A stretch of 64,000 nucleotides of DNA from an uncultured virus (IMG/VR IMGVR_UViG_2934853166_000001) (Duplodnaviria; Heunggongvirae; Uroviricota; Caudoviricetes). The stretch lies in the IMG/VR virus record IMGVR_UViG_2934853166_000001. The stretch is one strand, 5' to 3'. The position numbers were made by a program, and so were the translations under genes. The notes below the pieces were generated by a model, which was not told where the DNA came from, did no database searches, and saw nothing but the letters and a program-made list of their open reading frames with translations. Position 1 is the first letter of the stretch, and every line of letters starts with the position of its first letter. Positions 36,561 through 46,112 of the stretch are shown piece after piece.

Positions 36561-38791
36561 TGGCCGCACGTCGTGTCGACTGGAGTTTCGGGCCCGGCCA
36601 CGGGCCCGTCTCCGGGGCCATCAACGCCGCCGGCTCGACGCTCGCCGCGTCGATGGTCGCCGACCTCGCCCACGTGCAGCCGGTGTGGGGGGCGACCGCC
36701 GGTGCGGTCGCCGCCGCCGGTGCCGTCATCTCCTCCGCCGCCCACAACGCCCCCGGCCGCGCCCTCGCCTACCGGTCGCTGTGCTGGCTGGGCGCGGGCT
36801 GCTGGTCAACGTGGTCGCTGGCCACCGCCACCCTGGAGCGGTGGTCGGGGCCGTGGTCCACCAGCAACATCGCCGCCCTTGTTGTCGGCACAATCGGGGC
36901 TGCATACGCGGGCAGGGCCTTCCAGCGGGCACAGCAGCGGGAAGAGGACCAGCGGCAGGTCGCCATCGACATCGCCCGGGAAGCCGCCGCAATCGCCGCC
37001 GCCCACGCCGAGCAGCGGGCCGCCGACGGTGACCTCGACGCGCTCGCCGCCGTGTGGCGTAAGCGCATCGAACGGGTCTGCCACATCACCCTCGCCGAGG
37101 TGGACGGCATCGTCGGCATCGCCCACTGGGACGGACAGCCGTGCCCCGGCTACACCATCGACGGGAACTTCCCGCCCGGCGGGGCGTCGTGGAAACACCT
37201 CAAGAACTACGAGGAAGCGTTGGCGTCCGACGCGCGTCTCCCCGAGGGCTGCTCGGTGAAGGTGCTGCCCGGCGTCGACCGGGGGGCCTTCCAGATCGAG
37301 GTGATGCTCCGCAACGCGCTCGCCGAGAACAAGCCATACCCCCGGGAGTACCCGCACGAGTCCATCAACGACCCGCGCCTGCTGGTTTATCGGTCCAACG
37401 ACGAGCCGGTTCGGGTCAGCCTCCGCCAGGAGACGATGATCGTGGTCGGCCCGACCGGCTCAGGAAAGACCAACACCATGAACGAGGTGGTTGCCGAACT
37501 GGTGAAATGCGTAGATGTCATCAACTGCGCGATCGACTTCAACGGAGGCTCCATCGCCATACCGTGGCTGATGCCGTGGCGAACCGACCCCGAGTCGTGC
37601 CCCCGCCCGGCGTTCGACTGGATCGCCGACACTCCAGCGAAGGCGCTTGTGATGACCGAGGCGATCCTTGACGTGTTGAAGGACCGCAAGCAGGCGTACG
37701 CACACCTCAAGGTGGCCGCCAACGCCACGCTACTGCCGATCTCAGCCGACCTTCCGCTGTTCGAGGTCGTCGTCGACGAGGCCGCCGAAGTTCTCGGAAC
37801 CAGCGCAACACGAGATCCGATCGTGCGGCAGGTCGCCGAGAATCTGATGGAGATTCAGCGCATCGGGCGGGACGCCGGTGGGCGGCTGATCGTGTCTTCA
37901 CTGGGCGCGACGACCGAAACCCTCGGATCGCGTGGAATCAAGATTCACTCTCGGGTGAAGATGGCCATGGCAGGGACCCCCGCCGACGAGCTGGGCTACC
38001 TGTTCGACGACTACAAGATGGCACCCGAGGACGTCGTCCACGAGGGCAGCGCCCGCATTCGCATCGGCCAGAACGCCGTGTTCATCGGCAAAGTGCCGTA
38101 CCTACTGCCAGAGCAGATCGCCGAGATCGCCATCGCCACCTCGGACCGACGCCCAGCCCCCGACGACCGAGCATTGCAGATCATGGGTGACCGGTGGGCA
38201 GAGCGTTGGGAGCAGTCCACCGAACTGTTGGATCTTCTCGACTCGGGTGTGGCGGCCCTACGCGCCGGGGTGTCCGTCAGCGCCGCCGTCGCCGCTGTCG
38301 TGCCGCAGCAGCGTGCGGCAGGCGATATCACCGAACCTGCCAGCCGCACGGTCCGCAGCGAGCTAGCACCGTCGATCGGCGACGCCCAGGCCGACCTGGA
38401 GGCCGCCCGCCGCCGCCTCGCCGACATCGAACCGGTCCCCGACCCTGGGCCCCGCGAGTCGGAGCTGCCGCCGCTGCCGGAGGAGGCCGACTTCTCCGTG
38501 GTCGAATCGTGGCTGAACCCGGGCACCCCCGCCACCGACGACGCTGGCAAGCCGAAGCCGCACCCGCGCCGCCGCATGCGTCAGATCGTGTGGGACGCCG
38601 CCGACGCCGGTATCGGCCCCACCGCCGTCCACAAGCAGTTGGAGGCCGAGGGCTACGCCACCACCTACCCGACGGTCAACGGGTGGATGAAGGACGACGC
38701 CGCCAACGGCATCCTCAACCAGGACCGGGACCGTGCCCCGTACACGCGCGGGGAGAAGATGGCCAACCCGTATGAGCAGGACCAGGGCTGA
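36560..38791 (+). CDS. traB: TraB-type FtsK/SpoIIIE conjugative DNA translocase
   Basis: N-terminal TM helices; Walker A GPTGSGKT; Walker B VVVDE; R..GR arginine-finger region; C-terminal wHTH (PRRRMRQIV...IGPTAVHKQL...TV.GW). Confidence 0.88.
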   Translation: MAARRVDWSFGPGHGPVSGAINAAGSTLAASMVADLAHVQPVWGATAGAVAAAGAVISSAAHNAPGRALAYRSLCWLGAGCWSTWSLATATLERWSGPWSTSNIAALVVGTIGAAYAGRAFQRAQQREEDQRQVAIDIAREAAAIAAAHAEQRAADGDLDALAAVWRKRIERVCHITLAEVDGIVGIAHWDGQPCPGYTIDGNFPPGGASWKHLKNYEEALASDARLPEGCSVKVLPGVDRGAFQIEVMLRNALAENKPYPREYPHESINDPRLLVYRSNDEPVRVSLRQETMIVVGPTGSGKTNTMNEVVAELVKCVDVINCAIDFNGGSIAIPWLMPWRTDPESCPRPAFDWIADTPAKALVMTEAILDVLKDRKQAYAHLKVAANATLLPISADLPLFEVVVDEAAEVLGTSATRDPIVRQVAENLMEIQRIGRDAGGRLIVSSLGATTETLGSRGIKIHSRVKMAMAGTPADELGYLFDDYKMAPEDVVHEGSARIRIGQNAVFIGKVPYLLPEQIAEIAIATSDRRPAPDDRALQIMGDRWAERWEQSTELLDLLDSGVAALRAGVSVSAAVAAVVPQQRAAGDITEPASRTVRSELAPSIGDAQADLEAARRRLADIEPVPDPGPRESELPPLPEEADFSVVESWLNPGTPATDDAGKPKPHPRRRMRQIVWDAADAGIGPTAVHKQLEAEGYATTYPTVNGWMKDDAANGILNQDRDRAPYTRGEKMANPYEQDQG

Positions 38792-38794
38792 CAG

Positions 38795-39412
38795 GTGACC
38801 ACCTCCCAGATCCGCCGGCCGGGACAGCGCGTTACGTCCCGGCCGGCGTCGTGGGCACCACCCGACCAGTGGCGGCTCTATCGGGCGTGGGGTGACCTGC
38901 CCCGCGAATCCGGGCTGTGGTCGCGCGCCGTCTGCTGGCTGCTCGGCGGCTGGCAGCAACTCCTGTACATCGGCGTCACCCGCCGCACCGCTGTCGCCCG
39001 CTGGGCCGAACACCTCGACGGGAAGACGTGGGCCGGCGATGTGGCGTGCTGGGAACGCGACCCGCGAGTGTGGGCCACCGAAGCCGACGTGCTCGCCGTC
39101 GAACGGGCCGCGATCATCGCCGAGCGGCCCGTCCACAACGTGGCCCACAACGGCAACAACCCGGGTGCGGTGCGGGTGCGCCGGCACCTGCCCCGGCATG
39201 TGGTGCGCGCCCGTCTCCGCTGGACGGCACGCGCCTGCCTGTGGTTGGCCCTGTTCGCCGGCTGCTGGCTTGCCGCCGCCGACGTGTGGCACGGCTGGGA
39301 TGCGCCCCGCAACTCGGCTGTCGCAGCGACTGTTCTCGGCGGCCTCATGTGGTGGGGGAAAGCGCAGTCCCGCCGGCCGAAGAAGCGCCGCCGCGTGAGG
39401 CGTCGCCGGTGA
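38795..39412 (+). CDS. GIY-YIG nuclease with C-terminal TM helices
   Basis: LYR...LLYIGVT....RW.EH...E..AI..ERP.HN; two hydrophobic helices and a poly-Arg tail. Confidence 0.78.
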   Translation: MTTSQIRRPGQRVTSRPASWAPPDQWRLYRAWGDLPRESGLWSRAVCWLLGGWQQLLYIGVTRRTAVARWAEHLDGKTWAGDVACWERDPRVWATEADVLAVERAAIIAERPVHNVAHNGNNPGAVRVRRHLPRHVVRARLRWTARACLWLALFAGCWLAAADVWHGWDAPRNSAVAATVLGGLMWWGKAQSRRPKKRRRVRRRR

Positions 39413-39687
39413 CCGCCCCCTGGCAGTGGGTCATCTGCCGCACCGGGCCCCGCGAGCTTGTGGTCGACGCCGGCACCCAACACACCCGCCTGTACTCGGC
39501 ACCAGACGAGATCGCCGCCGAACGCCTCACCGTCTACGCCTACAACCAAGTCCTCGCCGGCCGCCCAGTCCACCCCGACCAGCTCGTGTGCCGGGTGCGG
39601 CGGGCCGGCGAACACACATGGTCCGGCACCGCGACCGGCGACCGGATCCTGCTCCCCACCACCACACCAACCAGGAGGCCCGCATGA
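39409..39687 (+). CDS. Hypothetical protein
   Basis: GTGA/ATGA coupling within the tra operon. Confidence 0.5.
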   Translation: MTAPWQWVICRTGPRELVVDAGTQHTRLYSAPDEIAAERLTVYAYNQVLAGRPVHPDQLVCRVRRAGEHTWSGTATGDRILLPTTTPTRRPA

Positions 39688-40358
39688 CCGACCTGACCGA
39701 CTACCGGCCCATCGACGTCACCCCGTCCGAGCTGCAAGCCGCCGGCCTCGCCGCGCCCGCCCGGTGGGTGCACGACACCACCACCAACCCGGAGGACATC
39801 ACCGACTGGGCGGCCCGGCAGGCAGCCGCGATCGTCCCGTACCGCCTGTTCCTCGGTCGCCCCGTCAACCCGTGCGAGCGCACCGGCAAGGTTGGGCGTG
39901 ACCTGGGCCGGTGGGGGGAGAACCCGGCAGCCGACCCCATCGTCGTCTGCGGCGACGGCCCCGCCCGGCGGATCCTCCTCATCCTGCGCGACGACTGCCG
40001 TCACTGGGCGATCCCCGGCGGCATGGTCGACCCAGGGGAGACCGCGCCCGCCGCGCTGGTACGCGAGCTGCGAGAGGAGACCGGCGTCGACCTCACAAAT
40101 GTCACCCCGCAGGTGGTGGTCCGCACCTACGTCAAGGATCCCCGCAACACCGATGAGGCGTGGGCCTGTACGACTGCCGCCCTGTTCCGGCTGCCCGCCG
40201 AGGTGGTGGCGGTCGGAGCCGACGACGCCCTGGACGCCAGGTGGTGGCCTTTCGCCACCCTCGCCCAGCTCGACGAGGCGGTGCGCGCCGCCGGGGGAGT
40301 CCTGTACGAGGCGCACCGGCTGCTGCTGACCGCCGCACTGCACGTGCTGGACGGCTGA
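39684..40358 (+). CDS. Nudix hydrolase, NUDT9-like ADP-ribose pyrophosphatase
   Basis: Nudix box GGMVDPGETAPAALVRELREETG; LGRWGENPAADPIV and YVKDPRNTDEAW signatures. Confidence 0.9.
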   Translation: MTDLTDYRPIDVTPSELQAAGLAAPARWVHDTTTNPEDITDWAARQAAAIVPYRLFLGRPVNPCERTGKVGRDLGRWGENPAADPIVVCGDGPARRILLILRDDCRHWAIPGGMVDPGETAPAALVRELREETGVDLTNVTPQVVVRTYVKDPRNTDEAWACTTAALFRLPAEVVAVGADDALDARWWPFATLAQLDEAVRAAGGVLYEAHRLLLTAALHVLDG

Positions 40359-40375
40359 TTCGGCCGGAGACGCAA

Positions 40376-40417
40376 GAAGCGGCCCCGCTCCTCCATCGTG
40401 GAGGGCGGGGCCGCTTC
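40376..40417. terminator. Bidirectional terminator
   Basis: GAAGCGGCCCCGC...GCGGGGCCGCTTC between convergent genes. Confidence 0.75.
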
Positions 40418-40428
40418 GTGTCTGTCGT

Positions 40429-41628
40429 TCAGCCTGCCCGTGTCGCCAACTCGCGCACCAACCCGCGCCCCCGCTCCACAGCAGGGACCGCATCCACCAC
40501 CCGCCCCACAGTGAACCGCACCAGCTCGTTGTGATGCGCCACCGGCAGTGCGTCGAGGACGTCACCCGCGTACCGGATGCCCCCCGACACGTCCCCGCCC
40601 CGCACCATCCCGGCAGCCCGATGCAACTGCACCTGCGCCCGCAGCCGAATCTGCTGGGCCGGATACAGGGCCATCGCCCGATCCTGCGCCTCGGCGGCCT
40701 CCCGCGTCCTGCCCGCGTGGGTGAACACCCACGACCGGGTGTGCGCGGTGCGCGTCTCCGACCACCCCCACAGTGATCCGCCGTCCGGGGCGTCCGCCGG
40801 AAGCTGGTCCGCCATGTCCGTCAGGCGGTTGACCATCGCCACCGCCTCCGCGTGCCGGCCCGCCAGAGACAGCGCCTGCGCTTGCCCGGCCAGCAGTTGA
40901 CATCCGGCCACCGAAGGCGCACCCACCGGCGGAAGGCTCTCCGCCGACGCCGGCAGCCCGGCCACGGTCCGCCCGTCATAGCAGCCGTTGACGGTGTCCC
41001 AGGCCAGGACCCACCGCTGCACACCAGCATCCGCCGACAGCTCAGCCATCCGCCGAGCCGACGCCCACCACCTGCGTGCCGCGACCTGCTCGCCAGCCGA
41101 CACCTGCTCCAAAGCCACCAGCGTCGACAACAGCCCCGCCACACCCAGCAGACGCTGCCGATGCTGCCCGTCCGTGGCCGCGATCTGATGGCCGAGCACG
41201 TCCAGGTCCGCCCGCAGGCTCGCCATCAGCCGTTCTGCTGGAAGCTGGTAGTAGTCCACCCCGTATCCGGCCACGATGCTCGTCCACTCGTCGTGGTCGA
41301 CGGCCACACCGAGGCCGTGGCGTAGCGCCTCCCACCCCGTCAGTCGGTCCACCGCCGGGGCAGCCGCTAGGGCCCCCATCGCCTGCAAAACTCTCCGTCT
41401 GCGCATGTCCGTGTCGCCTGCCCGTCTACTCGCGTACGCGTCGGTTAGCGCCCCGCCCGCCTCAAGCGCATTGTCGTATGCGGCAACCACATCCGTCGAT
41501 GCTGGGCGTGTGCCGCGCTCAACCTGCCCGAGGTACCCGAAGTCGTAGCCGATCCGAGCCCCGAACTTCCGCAGCGACCAGCCGGACGCCTTACGCCGCT
41601 GCCTCAGTATGTGTCCGAAATCGTCCAT
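40429..41628 (-). CDS. XRE-family regulator with TPR-like C-terminus
   Basis: FGHILRQRRKASGWSLRKFG.RIGYDFGYLGQVERG.R; helical repeats. Confidence 0.85.
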   Translation of the reverse strand: MDDFGHILRQRRKASGWSLRKFGARIGYDFGYLGQVERGTRPASTDVVAAYDNALEAGGALTDAYASRRAGDTDMRRRRVLQAMGALAAAPAVDRLTGWEALRHGLGVAVDHDEWTSIVAGYGVDYYQLPAERLMASLRADLDVLGHQIAATDGQHRQRLLGVAGLLSTLVALEQVSAGEQVAARRWWASARRMAELSADAGVQRWVLAWDTVNGCYDGRTVAGLPASAESLPPVGAPSVAGCQLLAGQAQALSLAGRHAEAVAMVNRLTDMADQLPADAPDGGSLWGWSETRTAHTRSWVFTHAGRTREAAEAQDRAMALYPAQQIRLRAQVQLHRAAGMVRGGDVSGGIRYAGDVLDALPVAHHNELVRFTVGRVVDAVPAVERGRGLVRELATRAG

Positions 41629-42024
41629 GCTGTCCCCCCAGCGTGTGGGCAGTTGTGTGGGCCCACTGCTCACCCCTGCCACCCGCCCATCCTATCGACC
41701 ACTCTGGACGTGTCGGGACAAGCACCCGACGCCGAAAAGCGCGGTAGACCGCAGGCCAGAGGCCGTTGCCTACCGCTGCCGGCGCGGTGTGGTGGCCAAC
41801 CGGGACCCCCAGCCCCCAAGGCCACCACACCCCGCAGAATGTCGGAGGTGCGCGGTGGGATACCGGTGGACCAGCAACACGCCCCGCGACCGTTTCGAGG
41901 ACCCACCGATGCCCGACAGCGAGCCTGACGCCGACAGCGGCGAGCACCTGGACGCCGACCATCAGTTCGCCGCCGGAGCATCCGGCCGCCGACCCCGCAA
42001 CCGCAGCAACCGGTGGGGGCAGCG

Positions 42025-42246
42025 GTGACCTTCAACATCCCTGAGGACGTCAGCAAGCCAAGCGAAGCCGTGATCGCTGGCTGGTGGGAGACGTACCGGG
42101 CGCACACCCTCCGCGAGGGCCGTTGCCCCGTCTGCGATGTGCCGCACCGGTGCATGGTGTGGGCGAACGCCCGCGCCGACCTCGTCATCCACGGGCTACT
42201 CGGTCCCGACGGCGGGCCGATCAAGGCGGACGACCCCAACGTCTGA
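42025..42246 (+). CDS. Small Zn-binding hypothetical protein
   Basis: H.....CPVC...C. Confidence 0.5.
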   Translation: MTFNIPEDVSKPSEAVIAGWWETYRAHTLREGRCPVCDVPHRCMVWANARADLVIHGLLGPDGGPIKADDPNV

Positions 42247-42259
42247 CCCTGGACGCACG

Positions 42260-42296
42260 AAAGCGCCCCGCCGGCCGAGGCCAAGCGGGGCGCTTT
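42260..42296. terminator. Bidirectional terminator
   Basis: AAAGCGCCCCGC...GCGGGGCGCTTT. Confidence 0.7.
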
Positions 42297-42326
42297 GCTG
42301 TGCGGGCGGCCGAGGAATGCGCGTTC

Positions 42327-42605
42327 CTACTCGGCGGCTGCTGGGCGTCCGGGGCCGCGCGGTGGGCCGACGCGCTTGCGGTGGGCGGTGACCCGTCGGC
42401 GCACCTCGGACACGCTCACCCCCACCTGTTCGGCTACCTGCTCCTCTGCGGTGGTAGTGCGTGCGTCGGCGATGGCAGCGTCTTGCTCGGCGGCGATGGC
42501 GGCTTTGATCTCGGGGGCGAGGTCGCGTAGTGCCTGGTAGCGGGCGAGCGGGTCAGCCAGGTGGGTGGTAGCTGTGAGGCGGGCGGCGAGGTCGGGGAGG
42601 TCCAT
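42327..42605 (-). CDS. Small HTH protein with AT-hook-like tail
   Basis: EEQVAEQVGVSVSEVRRRV; RGPGRP; TAGAAT 7 nt before ATG. Confidence 0.7.
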   Translation of the reverse strand: MDLPDLAARLTATTHLADPLARYQALRDLAPEIKAAIAAEQDAAIADARTTTAEEQVAEQVGVSVSEVRRRVTAHRKRVGPPRGPGRPAAAE

Positions 42606-42611
42606 GCGGGA

Positions 42612-42658
42612 AATTCTAGCCCACCCTGTTGCATGGAATTCTAGAGCACGCTAGAATT
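42612..42658. promoter_or_regulatory. Divergent promoters with AATTCTAG operator repeats
   Basis: TTGCAT-N17-TAGAAT (+); AATTCTAG at 42612 and 42637, inverted copy at 42651. Confidence 0.75.
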
Positions 42659-42692
42659 TAGGCACAGGGAAGAACGGCAAGGGGGAACCAAG

Positions 42693-42965
42693 ATGAGCAT
42701 CGACCGCATCGCCAACGAGATTCGCCGGGCCTACGGCACCCACGTCACGGTGACCTACCGGGGTGCCTGGATGTCCTTCCGGACCCTGGCGGAGCGCACC
42801 GACCTCACCGCCGCCCAGATCGCCGACGGGGTCCGCTACCTCGCCCAGACGGACCTCCGCTGCACCATCGCCCCCGAGAGCAACCAGGTTGCCCTCACCA
42901 GCCTCGACCGCGAGCTGGCGGTGCGGTACGGCGGCCAGGACAACCACCTCATCGCCTGGAGCTGA
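42693..42965 (+). CDS. Hypothetical protein
   Basis: RBS; follows promoter. Confidence 0.65.
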   Translation: MSIDRIANEIRRAYGTHVTVTYRGAWMSFRTLAERTDLTAAQIADGVRYLAQTDLRCTIAPESNQVALTSLDRELAVRYGGQDNHLIAWS

Positions 42966-43026
42966 CCACCCCGGGGTCGGCCACCCGGCCGGCCCCACCC
43001 CACCCCCCCCAGCAGAGGAGCCCGCC

Positions 43027-43386
43027 GTGCCCACCATCGCCGCTACCCGGCTCGCCCCCGCCGAGATCACCGCCGCCGCCATCGCCCGCTACGGCCACGA
43101 GGACGGCGCGATCGCCGACATCCTCGCCGGCACCCCCGTCATCCTCATCAGCGTCACCCCCGCCGGCCGGGGCATGGGCCGCGCCATCCAGATCCTCGTC
43201 GGCCCCGCGATCCGTTTCAGCGACGACGGCACCCACGTGTACGCGGTCGACCCCGACGTCATCTACGGCTACTACCTGTCCGGCCGGCGGGCCGAGGGTG
43301 ACACCTGGCAGGCCGCCACCCGCCGCGCCACCCGGCGCATCCTGGCCGACAACACCCTGCCCGTCGACATCGAGCGCCGCCGCTGA
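43027..43386 (+). CDS. Hypothetical protein
   Basis: RBS GAGGAG. Confidence 0.6.
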   Translation: MPTIAATRLAPAEITAAAIARYGHEDGAIADILAGTPVILISVTPAGRGMGRAIQILVGPAIRFSDDGTHVYAVDPDVIYGYYLSGRRAEGDTWQAATRRATRRILADNTLPVDIERRR

Positions 43387-43399
43387 GCCCGACGCAAAA

Positions 43400-43431
43400 C
43401 GGCCCCGCCCCCACGAGGGGAGCGGGGCCGC
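43400..43431 (+). terminator. Hairpin terminator
   Basis: CGGCCCCGC...GCGGGGCCG. Confidence 0.65.
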
Positions 43432-43536
43432 TCTGCGTCTACCCCCGCATGCGCGGGGAGCGGTCGCTGATCGGTAGCGACAGTGGATCACCCCCGGCGA
43501 GCCGGGGACGTGGTAATGCTACCGCCAGGCAGCCAC

Positions 43537-43585
43537 GTAAAGCAGGTTTACATCTCTCAGCTCCATGATGTAAGATAGCCTTACA
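43537..43585 (+). promoter_or_regulatory. Promoter with two operator palindromes
   Basis: GTAAA-N5-TTTAC and TGTAAG-N5-CTTACA; TTTACA-N18-TAAGAT. Confidence 0.7.
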
Positions 43586-43603
43586 CCGACTGGAGGGGTT
43601 CCC

Positions 43604-44131
43604 ATGGCAGCCATCGGCACCGACCGCGCCACCCAGATCATCAACGACGCCCACGCCGCCGGCATCACCGACGAGCAGCTCGCCACTCTCGCCCGCTACC
43701 CGGTCGCCGACATCCAGTACATGTCCGGCCGCGAGGCAAGCCAGCTCACCATGGCCATCATCGAGCGCGCCCACGAACTCAAGCAGCGCGAAGCCGCCCT
43801 CACCGAACTGCGCCGCATCGCTGCCATCGCCGGCCACAACCCCGACGTGATCGCCGCCAAGGTCGCCACCAAGACCACCGACGAGATCACCAAGCTGATC
43901 GCCGACACCACCGCGTACCTGCGCGGCAAGGGCATCGACACCCGCCCCGAGCAGCCCGCCCACCCGGCCACCACCCGGCAGATCAACTACATCATGGACC
44001 TCCTCGCCCGCCGCAAGCGTGCCGGCGACGGCGGCGGCTTCATAACCGGCCCCACCACCCGCGAGGGTGTCGCCAAGATGACCGCCGAGGACGCCAGCCT
44101 CTACATCACCTCCCTGACCGAGAACTACTGA
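43604..44131 (+). CDS. Hypothetical protein
   Basis: RBS GGAGG; AT.RQI.YI..L...T...AS.YI..L C-terminal motif. Confidence 0.7.
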   Translation: MAAIGTDRATQIINDAHAAGITDEQLATLARYPVADIQYMSGREASQLTMAIIERAHELKQREAALTELRRIAAIAGHNPDVIAAKVATKTTDEITKLIADTTAYLRGKGIDTRPEQPAHPATTRQINYIMDLLARRKRAGDGGGFITGPTTREGVAKMTAEDASLYITSLTENY

Positions 44132-44141
44132 GGAGCATTCC

Positions 44142-44597
44142 GTGCCCACCACCGACGACCTCGCCGCCCGCGCTGCCAAGGCCATCGCCGACCACTACGC
44201 TGCTGACCTCGCCATCCGCGACACCATGCCCGCCGACCCGACCAGCAGCACCGAGGCCAGCTACGTCGACCAGCGGGCCCGCTCCTACCGGGCCGCCGCC
44301 GACGTGGTGACTGCCGCCGTCCGCGCCGGGGTGCCGCACTGGCGCATCGCCGACCTGGCCGGCTGCGGTGGCCTCACCGTCATCGACATGATCGACGACC
44401 GGGCGTTGCGCACAGCCGCCTACGTGTCCGAGAAGCACCGCGCCCGCCGGCACCTGGACGCGGTGGAGCAGGCCATCCGCGACCACGCCCGCCGAGTCAT
44501 TGGCGCGCAGAACGGGCGCGGCAAGACGCAGCTCACCCGTGAGCTGGGGATCTCCCGGCCGACCCTGGACGCCTGGCTAGAGGCCGACGAAGGCTGA
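44142..44597 (+). CDS. Protein with C-terminal HTH
   Basis: GKTQLTRELGISRPTLDAWL. Confidence 0.75.
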   Translation: MPTTDDLAARAAKAIADHYAADLAIRDTMPADPTSSTEASYVDQRARSYRAAADVVTAAVRAGVPHWRIADLAGCGGLTVIDMIDDRALRTAAYVSEKHRARRHLDAVEQAIRDHARRVIGAQNGRGKTQLTRELGISRPTLDAWLEADEG

Positions 44598-44612
44598 CCC
44601 CGGACACGACGA

Positions 44613-44649
44613 AACGGCCCCGCTCTCCCTGGTGGGAGGCGGGGCCGTC
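44613..44649 (+). terminator. Hairpin terminator
   Basis: ACGGCCCCGC...GCGGGGCCGT. Confidence 0.65.
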
Positions 44650-44761
44650 GCTGTCTCAGGGACGCCAGGAACACGCTTTCCTTGCCGCGCCGTAAACGCC
44701 GAGCTGGCCGCTGTCGCCTCCCAGACAGCCCCACACCCCACCCGCCGCTACCGTGCCGGCG

Positions 44762-45085
44762 GTGCAGACCCTCACCCTCAAAGCCGGCAGCCTCGGCCGC
44801 ACCTGGCACGCCGCCCACATCCTCATCTCCGCCATCACCTGCGGATGGTGGCTACCCATCTACGGCATCCACACCCTCATCTCCATGGCCACCCGCCCCA
44901 CCATCCAGATCGACGTGCCCGACGGCCACCGGGTGGAGTACCGCGACGGCTGGCCCAACGTCCTCGCCCCCGACGAATACCTGCAACCCCGCACCACCCG
45001 GGAGAAGGCGCTCATCGTTGCCGGCTACGCTTCGCCCGCGCTGATCCTCGCCGCGATCCTCGCCGGCATGACCATCCGAGGTTGA
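44762..45085 (+). CDS. Small membrane protein
   Basis: HILISAITCGWWLPIY helix and C-terminal TM; TACCGT 7 nt before GTG. Confidence 0.65.
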   Translation: MQTLTLKAGSLGRTWHAAHILISAITCGWWLPIYGIHTLISMATRPTIQIDVPDGHRVEYRDGWPNVLAPDEYLQPRTTREKALIVAGYASPALILAAILAGMTIRG

Positions 45086-45662
45086 CCGGGCGTGGCCTGC
45101 GGGTATCCCAGCAGGTGTGGATCGTGAGCATTGGCGGGTACTGGCGGCACGGCACAGCCGATGCGACGTCGAGCCCCGCCGCTGCCGCGACTGCCACGCC
45201 CTGTATCCGTGCTGGTATCGGCTGAGGGCGGACCGGGAACTCAACCCGCCCGGCGGGTAGCCGCCTCATCCCGCACCGGAACACGCCCGTCGCCATGCCG
45301 TTCCCACACCTCCGCCAGCATCAGCAGGGCACGACGCCGCTCATCGCGGTGCGCCTCCACCTCGGCGGGGGTGCGCCGACGGCACGCCTCCACCACCGCC
45401 CGCATCCAATCCCGCACGCCAATCCCCCCGATCTGTTGTTGCACATCAAGCATCCACCGTCGATGCCAGCCACGCCGCACACCACCTAGCCCAAACCGCG
45501 CCGCCGATCGACGCCCGCCATCAGCCGATCAACGCAAGAAAGGGGGCCGCCCCACCTTGTCCGCTGCCCGCGTGGCGGCGTGGCATAGCAGACAGGTGGG
45601 GCGGCCCTGGGCGGCACCGGCGCTGGGGAGCCAAACCGGGTGCCCGCTCGTGGGGTGCGAAG

Positions 45663-46031
45663 TCAGGCGAGCCTCTCGGCGGCACCAGCCGGCTTGTCCT
45701 TCACACCGCTCTCCTGCGCCGCATCCGAGACACCCGTCGGCTTGAACAAGCCGAAGTGCACCGCCACGGCGATGCCGAAGTTGATGGCCGTGCTGTACAC
45801 GACCGGGATCCACTCGAACACCGCCGCCGTGTTCTCCGCCTGCAACCACGCCGACAGCACCGAGTTGATCGCGGACAGGGCGAGCAGAAGCACCGCCTTC
45901 ACACCAGGGCTGGTGGAGCGGCGGGTGACGAGACCGACGAGGATCGGCAGAACGATGGTGATGGCCAGAGACAGCAGCCCACCCAGGTTGGGGGCGAAAC
46001 CGTACACGGGCAGTGCGGGAATGTCGCTCAT
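45663..46031 (-). CDS. Putative holin
   Basis: Three TM helices, charged C-terminus, end of lysis cassette. Confidence 0.75.
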   Translation of the reverse strand: MSDIPALPVYGFAPNLGGLLSLAITIVLPILVGLVTRRSTSPGVKAVLLLALSAINSVLSAWLQAENTAAVFEWIPVVYSTAINFGIAVAVHFGLFKPTGVSDAAQESGVKDKPAGAAERLA

Positions 46032-46112
46032 GTGACCCCTCCCAGGGGTGATCTTTGAAGGGCCCGCCCACGAGATGAGGGCAGGCAGAAGGAACCGCCT
46101 ACGATCGGCGGC

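Noticed and set aside
29477..42246. Independent complete AICE inserted in the prophage
   Set aside because: No own integrase, no RepSA/rolling-circle or prim-pol Rep, and no flanking direct repeats seen; cannot be fully excluded without comparative genomes.
45241..45480. Small minus-strand CDS
   Set aside because: Start and RBS unclear and no motif; insufficient support.
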